Assembly: GCA_963720545.1 (NCBI GenBank)
Contig: OY970399.1
Coordinates: 1,408,001 to 1,472,000, forward strand
Direction of reading: 5' to 3'
DNA length: 64,000 nt
Source of the DNA: an uncultured Acidobacteriota bacterium
GTDB lineage: Bacteria > Acidobacteriota > Vicinamibacteria > Fen-336
The notes under the pieces were generated by a model. The model was not told the DNA's origin. It did not search any database and saw nothing but the letters and a program-made list of their open reading frames with translations. Positions 1 to 8,220 of the stretch are shown piece after piece (position 1 is the first letter of the stretch; each line of letters starts with the position of its first letter). The translations under genes were made by a program, and so were the position numbers.

Positions 1-1058
1 TCGGCCTGCTGCCCCTGCACGATGTCGCGCACCACCAGGAGGCCGGTGGCGCCGAAGCCGGCGCCGAACTCGAGCGCCTCGACGTCCGTGGAAGCCGTGC
101 TGCCTTTGGCTGTGGCGGTGGCGGCGGCGTCAAGGACTGCTGCCTTCACCGTGTACTTGCCCGGCTTCACCGCGGCCCCCCAGGACGCGACGAAACTGTT
201 GTCGGCGGAAACCTCCGCCGTCATCTCCTTGCTCCAGGTGGCGACCGGCTTGCCGACGTCGCCGATGAACTGCGCGGCGACCGCTACGCGCACCGTCTTC
301 TTCCCTGCCGCATCCTGGACGGTGAGCCCCGCCGCATCGCCGCGGACGATGCCCGCGACGTAGGTCGAGCCGTCGCGGCCGCGGATCTGCATCATGGGCG
401 CGATGGTGATGTTGAAGTCCTGGCGCGTGCCGTCGAGGATCGCCAGCGCGCCTTGCGGCGTTGGCTGCTGCGCGGCGGCCGTCACCAGGTGGCCGTTCGC
501 CATGCGGTACTCGGGCGATGTCTGCACCACCCGGGCCTGCGCCATCTTCACGAACGCCGCCTCGATGCCGCTGCCTGCAGGCAGCCGGCACTCGCCGTCG
601 AACGCGATCTCCATCTTGCCGCCGTCGAAGGTGACGCCCTCGCGGTTGCGGTAGGTCCACACCTCCGGAGTGCGCAGCTGCGCGTCGGCCGAACCGCGCT
701 GCGCCTTCACTTCATCGGGCGCGCCGAGGAGCAGGAACGCCCGGCCGCAGTCGGTCGCGGACGATGGCTTGCCGGCGACCGCGTACTTCGTTCCCAGCTC
801 CGCGAGGCGCTTTTCGTACGCCTCCCGGAACGCGTTCGTTTTGGTGGCGGGCGCGGGGTCGCGGCGCGCCCAGAAGATCTTCTGGAACTCCGCGATGTCC
901 TGCGGGTCCTTGAGCGTCTTCCAGAGCTTGCCCTCTTCACCCAGCACCAGCGGCGTCACGCTGTCGAACCACTGCTTCGCGTCCTGCGTCTGCTGGGCGC
1001 CGGCAGCGGGCACGACCGATGCAACAAGCACCAGCGAGCAGGCAAGTGTGATCCTCAT
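1..1058 (-). CDS. Secreted GWxTD-domain-like protein (3' end runs out of the window)
   Basis: Not in the ORF track; translated by hand from ATG at 1058. Signal peptide MRITLACSLVLVASVVPAAGA, then FQKIFWARRDPAPATKTNAFREAYEKR and GKPSSATDCGRAFLLLGAPDEV...PEVWTY, matching the FW..RDP.P.T..N / GWxTD-RG..GxPD pattern. No stop before position 1. Confidence 0.8.
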   Translation of the reverse strand, partial: MRITLACSLVLVASVVPAAGAQQTQDAKQWFDSVTPLVLGEEGKLWKTLKDPQDIAEFQKIFWARRDPAPATKTNAFREAYEKRLAELGTKYAVAGKPSSATDCGRAFLLLGAPDEVKAQRGSADAQLRTPEVWTYRNREGVTFDGGKMEIAFDGECRLPAGSGIEAAFVKMAQARVVQTSPEYRMANGHLVTAAAQQPTPQGALAILDGTRQDFNITIAPMMQIRGRDGSTYVAGIVRGDAAGLTVQDAAGKKTVRVAVAAQFIGDVGKPVATWSKEMTAEVSADNSFVASWGAAVKPGKYTVKAAVLDAAATATAKGSTASTDVEALEFGAGFGATGLLVVRDIVQGQQA

Positions 1059-1182
1059 GGCCCTCGATTCTAGGTCGTGAGTAATGCCACATCCAGGCCG
1101 CTTTACATAGATCAACATGAACAAACACTGAAGCTTGGTGAGGTATCTCGTGTTAGCCTCAAAATCGATGTCTCGTATACGG

Positions 1183-2202
1183 ATGAAGGGCCTCGTGGTC
1201 CTCGCGGCGGCCTTGTGTCTCACCCTCACACCTGACACGGCGGACGCACGTTCGCGGCGCCGGACCAGCCACCGCGCCCGCAAGGCGCCGCGGCGCGTGG
1301 TGCCGCCGCCGGTCCTGGTGCTGCCCGAAGGCGCTTCGGCGCGCGACCGCATCGTCGGCGACGCGATGCTGCGCGCGATCAAGGGCAAGGACGGCGCGGT
1401 GGTCGCCATGGATCCGCGCAACGGCCGCGTCATCGCCGTGGTCAACCCGCGGCACGCGGTGGCCGGCGCCTACACGCCGTGCTCGGTGTTCAAGACCGTC
1501 GTTGCCATCGGCGGGCTGTCCGAAGGGCTCATCACGCCCGAATCGACACACCGCTGCACCGGCCGCGGCACCTGCTCGAAGTGGGCCGGCCACGGCACCA
1601 TCGCGCTGCGCGCGGCGCTCGCACATTCCTGCAACCCCTACTTCGAGGTGATCGGCGAGGAGCTCGGCTACGAGCGCGTGCAGAAGTACGCGCGCCTGCT
1701 GGGCCTCGGCGAGCAGACCGGCATCAACCTCCAGGGCGAAACCAGCGGCGTCGTGCCCGAGTGGGTGATGCCCGCGGCCGTCGGCCACCTGTCGAGCCAT
1801 GCCACGGGCATCGCCACGTCCCCCATCCAGCTCGCGGTGCTGATCTCGGCAACCGTGAACGGCGGCATCATCTACCGGCCGCGCCTCGCTCCTGACGCCG
1901 ACTACGTTCCCGAGGAGCGCTGGCGCCTGCCGCTCGACACTCGCCTCGACGGGCTCGCCGAGGGCTTCATCTCGGCGGTCAACGAAGGCAGCGCCAAGAG
2001 CGCCTACGATCCGCAGGTCACCGTCGCCGGCAAGACCGGCACCTGCGAACAGCTCGGCTGGTTCGCGTCGTACGCGCCCGCCAGCCATCCCGAAGTGGTG
2101 GTCGTGGTGTTCCTGCGCTACGGGTCGGGCCACCTGGCTTCGGCCGTCGCCGGCAACGTTTACCACCGGCTCTACCCGAGCACCGGCGCCGCGGGTCAGT
2201 AG
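1183..2202 (+). CDS. Penicillin-binding protein, transpeptidase domain only (secreted)
   Basis: SxxK (CSVFK), SxN (SCN) and KTG (AGKTGT) motifs; signal peptide MKGLVVLAAALCLTL. Start taken at ATG 1183 within ORF 1135-2202. Confidence 0.85.
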   Translation: MKGLVVLAAALCLTLTPDTADARSRRRTSHRARKAPRRVVPPPVLVLPEGASARDRIVGDAMLRAIKGKDGAVVAMDPRNGRVIAVVNPRHAVAGAYTPCSVFKTVVAIGGLSEGLITPESTHRCTGRGTCSKWAGHGTIALRAALAHSCNPYFEVIGEELGYERVQKYARLLGLGEQTGINLQGETSGVVPEWVMPAAVGHLSSHATGIATSPIQLAVLISATVNGGIIYRPRLAPDADYVPEERWRLPLDTRLDGLAEGFISAVNEGSAKSAYDPQVTVAGKTGTCEQLGWFASYAPASHPEVVVVVFLRYGSGHLASAVAGNVYHRLYPSTGAAGQ

Positions 2203-2224
2203 CCCGCACAAGCGCGAAGCCCGC

Positions 2225-4180
2225 TCAGGGCAGCGTGCTGATGGTGACGATGTTCGAGAAACCGCCCGTCGCGCTGCCGTTCTTCGCGTAGATCCCCAGG
2301 TAGTACTGCGTCCCCGGATGCAGGTTCGGGATGCTCGCGACCGCTTGCGGCGTGCTCGCGACGCTCACGATGGTCGTGAGCTCCGCGGGCGAGGTCCCGT
2401 AGTGAACCTCGTAGCTCGAGGCTCCGGGCACCGGGACGAACGGCAGCTTGATGACCCGCTGGGCGGCGCTCGGCAGGAGCGCCAGCGGCGCGCCGAGTGA
2501 GCCGCCCTCACTCAGGTGCACGATGCGCGCCACCGAGGGCACGCCGGCGGTGTCGTTCAGGAACAGCATGTAATAGCCAGGCGGCGCCAGGTTCGCGTTC
2601 GGGACCGCGCGCACGATCAGCCCGCCGGTCGTCGCCGTGAACCGCAGCGGCACGCGGCGCTGCTCGAAGTCGACCGAGTGCGTCACCGAGGCCATCCGCA
2701 TGAGCACGACCGAGGCGATGCCGAGGGGCGACGGGGTGGCAACGAAGAAGTCGTTGTCGTAGTGAATCGTTTCCGGCGCGCTGCCGATCTGAGGGCGAGG
2801 AGCTGTCGAACCGTTGGCCGTGAACAGGTAGGGGGGCGAGAAGATCTCGAAGTTCTTCTCGATGTAGCCGAGCGTCTGGCACTTGCCGCAGATGCCGCCG
2901 CCGCCGCTCAGGACGCGCGCGTCGGGCAGCAGGATGGCGGTCGAGTGGTACTGGCGGGTGCGCTGCGCCGCCGCCAGCAGCTGCCAGGTGCCGGTGGCGG
3001 GGTTCCAGCGCTCGGCGTTCAGCACCGGTGCGTTCAGGTCGACGAGCGGCGTGCCGCTCGAGTTGCCGCCGGTCGCGAGCACGCTGCCGTCGGGAAGCAC
3101 CGTCAGGTTGTGCTGGCGCCGCCCCACCACGAGGTCGCCGGTCGCCGCCGTCTGCGGCCTGCGGTCGGAGTAGAGGAATGAGACGACGCGCGCCGAGCGC
3201 GAGGACGGCCCCCCGCCGGCGACGATGACCTTGCCGAGGTCGTAGAGCCCGAACGAGCCATAGGAGCGCTTCAAGCCGTCGCCCCGCTTGCCCACGCCCT
3301 CCCAGGCGCCGGCGCCGGCGGTGTCGAGGTAGCGCAGCGCGTCGGCCGGCCCGAAGTTGAAGGCGCGTCCGCCGGGCGAGGCGTGAAGCCACGGATAGAG
3401 GGGCAGGGACAAGACCGCGTCCGTCAACGGCCGCAGGACACCGAGACTGGGAACGACGACATCCGGCGTGAAGACCTCCGGCGTGTCGTAGCCGCCGGAA
3501 GTGATGAGCATTTCGCCGTTCGCGAGCGGCGTCACCGACGGATACCAGCGGCCGCCGCCCATCACGGCCGGGCTCAGCGTCCAGGTCTGCGACATTGGGT
3601 CGAAGAAATGGACCGTGTCGAGGCCGGCCAGCGTGTGATCCTTGTTACCGCCGGCCACCAGCACCGTGCCGTCCGGCAGGTGCGCGAGGCCCGAACAGAA
3701 CAGGTTGTAGCCGGTGGTGGTGTCGACCCTCGCGAAGGCGTTGGTCGCGGGGTCCCAGACCGCCATGCGGGTGGTGTTCTGCGGATCGTGATACTTCGCC
3801 GCGGGGATGTCGCTGATCGAGTCCCAGAAGAGCAGGCGGCCGTTCGGCAGGAGCGAGATGTGTATTGGCACCAGCGGCGCATCGAACACCGCCGACCAGG
3901 CACCGGTGGTCGCGGGTGTCAACTGCGCCGGCTCGCTGTCAAGCACCGCGGGAGCGCGCAGTACGCCGTTGCTGTTGGTGTAGCCGTCGAAATCGCGCTG
4001 CAGGCGGTCGTTCAGGTCCGCGAAGCCGTCGAAGCCGAAATCCTCCAGCCGGTGCGCGGCGATCTCCTGCGCTGAGGACGAGCGGCCGCGCGGTGGATCG
4101 TGTGCGAATGCGGTCGCGGCAAGGGCGCATGCCAGCAAGGCGATGGCCGGCGCGTATTTCTGATGAGGAGGGCTTGCCAT
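2225..4180 (-). CDS. Galactose/glyoxal oxidase-like copper radical oxidase (AA5-like; Kelch propeller, DUF1929-like domain, C-terminal FN3-like domain)
   Basis: NLFCSG, RWYP, RQYHS and VTHS motifs supply the Cys/Tyr/Tyr-His/His ligands; signal peptide; PPGYYMLF; C-terminal LHPGTQYYLGIYAKN FN3 signature. Confidence 0.85.
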   Translation of the reverse strand: MASPPHQKYAPAIALLACALAATAFAHDPPRGRSSSAQEIAAHRLEDFGFDGFADLNDRLQRDFDGYTNSNGVLRAPAVLDSEPAQLTPATTGAWSAVFDAPLVPIHISLLPNGRLLFWDSISDIPAAKYHDPQNTTRMAVWDPATNAFARVDTTTGYNLFCSGLAHLPDGTVLVAGGNKDHTLAGLDTVHFFDPMSQTWTLSPAVMGGGRWYPSVTPLANGEMLITSGGYDTPEVFTPDVVVPSLGVLRPLTDAVLSLPLYPWLHASPGGRAFNFGPADALRYLDTAGAGAWEGVGKRGDGLKRSYGSFGLYDLGKVIVAGGGPSSRSARVVSFLYSDRRPQTAATGDLVVGRRQHNLTVLPDGSVLATGGNSSGTPLVDLNAPVLNAERWNPATGTWQLLAAAQRTRQYHSTAILLPDARVLSGGGGICGKCQTLGYIEKNFEIFSPPYLFTANGSTAPRPQIGSAPETIHYDNDFFVATPSPLGIASVVLMRMASVTHSVDFEQRRVPLRFTATTGGLIVRAVPNANLAPPGYYMLFLNDTAGVPSVARIVHLSEGGSLGAPLALLPSAAQRVIKLPFVPVPGASSYEVHYGTSPAELTTIVSVASTPQAVASIPNLHPGTQYYLGIYAKNGSATGGFSNIVTISTLP

Positions 4181-4199
4181 TGCGCTCGTCCGATGCAGG

Positions 4200-4226
4200 A
4201 AGGGGCCGCGTTTCGCGCGACCCCTT
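4200..4226. terminator. Stem-loop between the PEGA and oxidase genes (terminator or mRNA stability element)
   Basis: AAGGGGCCGCG-TTTCG-CGCGACCCCTT inverted repeat; no long U tract. Confidence 0.4.
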
Positions 4227-4255
4227 TGGTTACAAAACGAGTTTACGCCCGCTGT

Positions 4256-5278
4256 CTAGTTGCGCGGCTCGAGTTCGACGCGCAGGTCGGAATTGTCACC
4301 CGCCTGCACCTCGAGATCGCGGTCATACGTGACGAACCCGGGGCGCACCACCTCGACGCGGTGCGTGCCCGCGCTCAGTTCCACGGTCTGCACCTGGGCC
4401 GCGGTGCCGCGGAACTCGCCGTCGATGTAGATGGTCGCGTCCTGCGGCTGGAACTGCAGGCGGACGCGGCCGCGTTCGGCCTGGGCGTTGCGCGCCATCG
4501 GCCGTGAATCGCGGTCGTCGCGGCCGCCGCGATCGCCGTAGGCGGGCGCGGGACGCGCATTGTCCGGTTCGTCGGCGACACCCGCGGGGCCGCGCGCGCC
4601 GGCCAGCTCGTCGATGGCGTCGGCGCCGTCGCCTTGCACCATGTCGTAGTGCAGCTTCAGCGTCTGGCCGCCCGCGGCGTAGAGCTTCCAGGTGTGAGTG
4701 CGGTAGCCGTCCAGCTTGACCGTGACGTCATGGCGGCCGGGCGAAACGTTGAGCCGCTGGAACAAGCCGTTGTAGTCGTCGACGACGCCCGCGTAGTAGC
4801 CGTCGACGTAAACCCTCGCTTTCTGCGGCTCGACCTGGATGCGCAGCTGCGCGCGGTTGTCGTAGTCGTAGTAGCGGCCGGCGCCATAGACGGGACCCCA
4901 ATAGCCGTAGCCGCCGCCGCCCCAGTAGTAGCTGTCGTACCAGAACGGGCTGTAGCCGAAGTAGGCGTAGCTGCGCGGACCGTAGCCGAAACCGTAGTTG
5001 TAGCGGTAGGGGTAACCGTAATTGAAGCGGCCGCCGCGATAGCCGCGGCCACCGGTGCCGGTGCCCGCGCGCGGATGGCGCGCCTGCGCGCCGGTCACTG
5101 AGCCGCCGCTCGACTGGCCCTGCGAGCCGCTGCTCGAGGCGCCGGACGAGGAAGCACCCGAATGCCGTTGACCCGCGCTCGACGAACTGCCGGAGGTGCC
5201 ACTCCGGGGATGCGCATTGTCGGCCAGCGCAACAGTTGCTGACAAACCGAGCACCAGGAGCGTCGCCATCGACTTCAT
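4256..5278 (-). CDS. Secreted PEGA-domain protein with Ser/Gly- and Tyr/Gly-rich N-terminus
   Basis: Two PEGA-like repeats (VEPQKARVYVDGYYAG...PGRHDVTVKLDGY; QPQDATIYIDGEFRG...GTHRVEVVRPGF); signal peptide; GGAGG SD. Confidence 0.85.
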   Translation of the reverse strand: MKSMATLLVLGLSATVALADNAHPRSGTSGSSSSAGQRHSGASSSGASSSGSQGQSSGGSVTGAQARHPRAGTGTGGRGYRGGRFNYGYPYRYNYGFGYGPRSYAYFGYSPFWYDSYYWGGGGYGYWGPVYGAGRYYDYDNRAQLRIQVEPQKARVYVDGYYAGVVDDYNGLFQRLNVSPGRHDVTVKLDGYRTHTWKLYAAGGQTLKLHYDMVQGDGADAIDELAGARGPAGVADEPDNARPAPAYGDRGGRDDRDSRPMARNAQAERGRVRLQFQPQDATIYIDGEFRGTAAQVQTVELSAGTHRVEVVRPGFVTYDRDLEVQAGDNSDLRVELEPRN

Positions 5279-5324
5279 AACCGTCCTCCGATTCTTCCAG
5301 AAGCGTACTGCTGATACCTATCTG

Positions 5325-5340
5325 AGCAAACGCTGTGCCG
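5325..5340 (-). promoter_or_regulatory. Sigma54 (-24/-12) promoter of the PEGA gene
   Basis: Minus strand reads CGGCACAGCGTTTGCT: GG-N10-GC, close to TGGCAC-N5-TTGCW, 46 nt before the ATG. Confidence 0.7.
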
Positions 5341-5481
5341 GGCAGGCTGCGGGGCGCATGGCCCGCAAACCATTGGAATCGCTGCCAATACCCGGCCTGG
5401 CGCCCGCCGCAACTTTTTACCCTTCCGCACGGTCGTCCGCGCGTGAGGACGCTTCCGAAAGCATCGCCTTATACTGCCCGG

Positions 5482-6612
5482 GTGAGCGCACCGCGCCGGC
5501 TGCTCGTCGTCGCCGGCGAGGCCTCGGGAGATCTCTACGCCGCCGAGCTGGTGCGCGAATTGCGCCGCCTCGAGCCGGAACTTGCCGTCTACGGCATGGG
5601 CGGCGACCGGCTGGCCGATGCGTCGGCCACGCTCCTCGCCCATATCCGCGACTCGGCGGTGGTTGGCCTGCTCGAGGTGGTTTCGCACCTTTCCCACCTG
5701 CGCGCGATCTACAAGCGGATCCTCGCCCAGGTAGACGCCGAACGTCCCGACGCCGCGGTGCTCGTCGACTACCCCGACTTCAACCTGCGGCTCGCGAAGG
5801 AGCTCAAGAAGCGCGGCATCCCGGTGGTCTACTACGTGTCGCCGCAGCTTTGGGCCTGGCGCGGCGGGCGCATGCGTCACATCGCGCAGAGCGTCGCCCA
5901 CATGATGGTGATCTTTCCGTTCGAGGAGGCCCTCTACCGCGCCGCCTCGGTGCCGGTGACCTTCGTCGGCCACCCGCTCGTCGACATCATCCGCACGCCC
6001 ACCAACGCCGCCGCGTTTCGCGCGGCGAACGGCATCGCGCTCGACCGCCGCATCGTGACGCTCCTGCCGGGCAGCCGCCCCAAGGAAGTCGCGTACAACC
6101 TGCCGCCGCTGCTGCGCGCCGCGGATCAACTGGCGGGGCGGGTGGACCTGCAGTTCGTGGTGGCGCAGGCGCCGCATCTCGACGCGCTGGTGGCCGAGCT
6201 CGTCGGCAGCCGCCCGATCCGTGTGGTCGCGGGACAGACGCACGCGGCGCTTGCCGTCTCGTCTCTGGCGCTCGTCGCCTCCGGCACCGCGACCGTGGAG
6301 ACCGCCCTCCTCGACGTGCCGATGGTGGTCGTCTACCGGCTGTCGCCGCTCACGTATGCGCTCGGCCGGCCGCTGGTGCGCGTACCGCATTACGCCATGG
6401 TGAACCTGATCGCGGAGGCGCCGGTGGTGCCGGAGCTGATCCAGTCCGAGTTCACCGCCGAACGGGTGGTCGCGGAGGCGCGGCGCCTGCTCGACAACCC
6501 GGTCGCCATGGAGCGGATGCGGGCGGCTCTCGCCGAGGTGCGCGGCAAGCTCGGCGCCCCGGGCGCCTCGGCGCGCGCGGCCGCGGTGGTCGCTTCGTAC
6601 CTGCAACATTGA
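5482..6612 (+). CDS. lpxB: Lipid-A-disaccharide synthase
   Basis: VAGEASGD, VDYPDFN, YYVSPQLWAWR, LLPGSR, ASGTATVE motifs; GTG start at 5482. Confidence 0.95.
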   Translation: MSAPRRLLVVAGEASGDLYAAELVRELRRLEPELAVYGMGGDRLADASATLLAHIRDSAVVGLLEVVSHLSHLRAIYKRILAQVDAERPDAAVLVDYPDFNLRLAKELKKRGIPVVYYVSPQLWAWRGGRMRHIAQSVAHMMVIFPFEEALYRAASVPVTFVGHPLVDIIRTPTNAAAFRAANGIALDRRIVTLLPGSRPKEVAYNLPPLLRAADQLAGRVDLQFVVAQAPHLDALVAELVGSRPIRVVAGQTHAALAVSSLALVASGTATVETALLDVPMVVVYRLSPLTYALGRPLVRVPHYAMVNLIAEAPVVPELIQSEFTAERVVAEARRLLDNPVAMERMRAALAEVRGKLGAPGASARAAAVVASYLQH

Positions 6613-6644
6613 ACTCCGGGCACCCCTGCCCGTATCCTCTGCTG

Positions 6645-7154
6645 ATGGATCCGATCCTCGACAAGGCGCTTGCCGCACAGGGCTTCCTGGAAAAGCTCGC
6701 CGGAGCCATCCCCGGCTTCAAGGGCTACCGCGAGCGCGAGCTGCGCCGCGACGCCGACGCGCTGCAGCGCGAGCACCTGGCGGGCCTGCTGCATGCGAGC
6801 CAGAAGCCGCTCGAGCGCGCCGCCGAAGCCGCTTCCCGCGCGGGCAGCCTCGACGTCATCAACGACATCGAGAGCGCCCGCAAGAAGCTGGACCGCGTCA
6901 CCGCGCGGGTGCGCGCCGCGGACCGCGGCTATTCGGGCTTCTTCGATCCGGTCAAGGTGGACGAGCAGGTGCTGGGCCGCGTCTACCAGTTCGACCTCGA
7001 CAGCCTTGGCGGCGCCCAGGCAATCGCCGCGGTGGCTGCCAAAGCCGGCTCCGGGGCAGCGCGCAAGGAAGAAGTGCAGGCCGTGATCGACGCAATCGCT
7101 GCGTTCGAGGAACGGTGGGGCCAGCGCGAAGGCATCCTGCGCGCGGTCCTCTAA
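6645..7154 (+). CDS. Helical hypothetical protein upstream of the SPFH gene
   Basis: C-terminal part of ORF 5196-7154 from ATG 6645: [38 protein letters not shown]...GYSGFFD; normal coding composition. Confidence 0.8.
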   Translation: MDPILDKALAAQGFLEKLAGAIPGFKGYRERELRRDADALQREHLAGLLHASQKPLERAAEAASRAGSLDVINDIESARKKLDRVTARVRAADRGYSGFFDPVKVDEQVLGRVYQFDLDSLGGAQAIAAVAAKAGSGAARKEEVQAVIDAIAAFEERWGQREGILRAVL

Positions 7155-7179
7155 CAACAGGCGAAAGAGGCAAGACCAG

Positions 7180-8211
7180 ATGGTGACCCTCGAGATCCTC
7201 GAGCACTTCGACGCGTCGGGGCGGCAGATCGTGCAGCGGCTGCCCGAGTCGGGCTCGGCCGACATCAAGCTCGGCGCCCAGCTCATCGTCCAGGAGAACC
7301 AGTGGGCGGTTTTCTTCCGCGACGGCAAGGCGCTCGACACCTTCACGGCCGGCCGGCACACGCTCACCACCATGAACGTGCCGCTGCTGACGCGCATACT
7401 CAGCCTGCCGTTCGGCGGCCAGTCGCCGTTCCAGGCGCAGGTCTACTTCATCAGCCGGCAGACCTTCACCGACATGAAGTGGGGTACGAAGGAACCGATC
7501 GTGTTCCGCGACTCCGAGCTTGCGATGGTGCGGTTGCGCGCCTTCGGCCGCTTCTCGATGCGCATCGTCGAGCCGCAGATGTTCCTGCAACAGCTCGTCG
7601 GCACGCGCGGTGCCTACACCACCGACGCCATCGAGGACTTCCTGCGCGACTTGTGCGTCTCGCGCCTCAACGACCTGCTTGGCGAGACCATGAAGACGGT
7701 GCTCGACCTGCCGCGCTACTACGACGAGATCGCCGGCGGGCTGAAGGGCCGCGTGGCCGACGACTTCTCGAAGTACGGGCTCGAGCTCGTCGACTTCCTG
7801 ATCGGCGCGATCACGCCACCCGAAGACGTGCAGAAGGTCATCGACGAGCGTTCCGGCATGGGCGCCGTCGGCAACATGCAGCAGTACATGGCCTACAAGG
7901 CGGCGCGCGGCGTCGAGGCGGCTGCCAACAATCCCGGCGAAAGCGGCGGCGCGGTGGGCGTGGGCCTCGGCGCGGGCGTCGGCATGATGATGGCGAATGC
8001 CATTGGCCAGGCCGCGAAGGGCGGCGCCGCGGCGGCGCCGGCCGCTGCGACCACTCCGTGCCCGAAGTGCCAGTCGCCGGTCGCCCCCGGGCAGAGGTTC
8101 TGCGGCAACTGCGGGGCCAACCTCGCGGCCCCGGCGTGCGCGAAGTGCCAGGCGCCGCTCATGCCAGGGGCCCGCTTCTGCGGCAACTGCGGTGCCGCCG
8201 TCGCGCCCTGA
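7180..8211 (+). CDS. SPFH (YdjI-like) domain protein with C-terminal double zinc ribbon
   Basis: [43 protein letters not shown] / CAKC..FCGNCG. Confidence 0.9.
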   Translation: MVTLEILEHFDASGRQIVQRLPESGSADIKLGAQLIVQENQWAVFFRDGKALDTFTAGRHTLTTMNVPLLTRILSLPFGGQSPFQAQVYFISRQTFTDMKWGTKEPIVFRDSELAMVRLRAFGRFSMRIVEPQMFLQQLVGTRGAYTTDAIEDFLRDLCVSRLNDLLGETMKTVLDLPRYYDEIAGGLKGRVADDFSKYGLELVDFLIGAITPPEDVQKVIDERSGMGAVGNMQQYMAYKAARGVEAAANNPGESGGAVGVGLGAGVGMMMANAIGQAAKGGAAAAPAAATTPCPKCQSPVAPGQRFCGNCGANLAAPACAKCQAPLMPGARFCGNCGAAVAP

Positions 8212-8220
8212 GCGCGCCGC

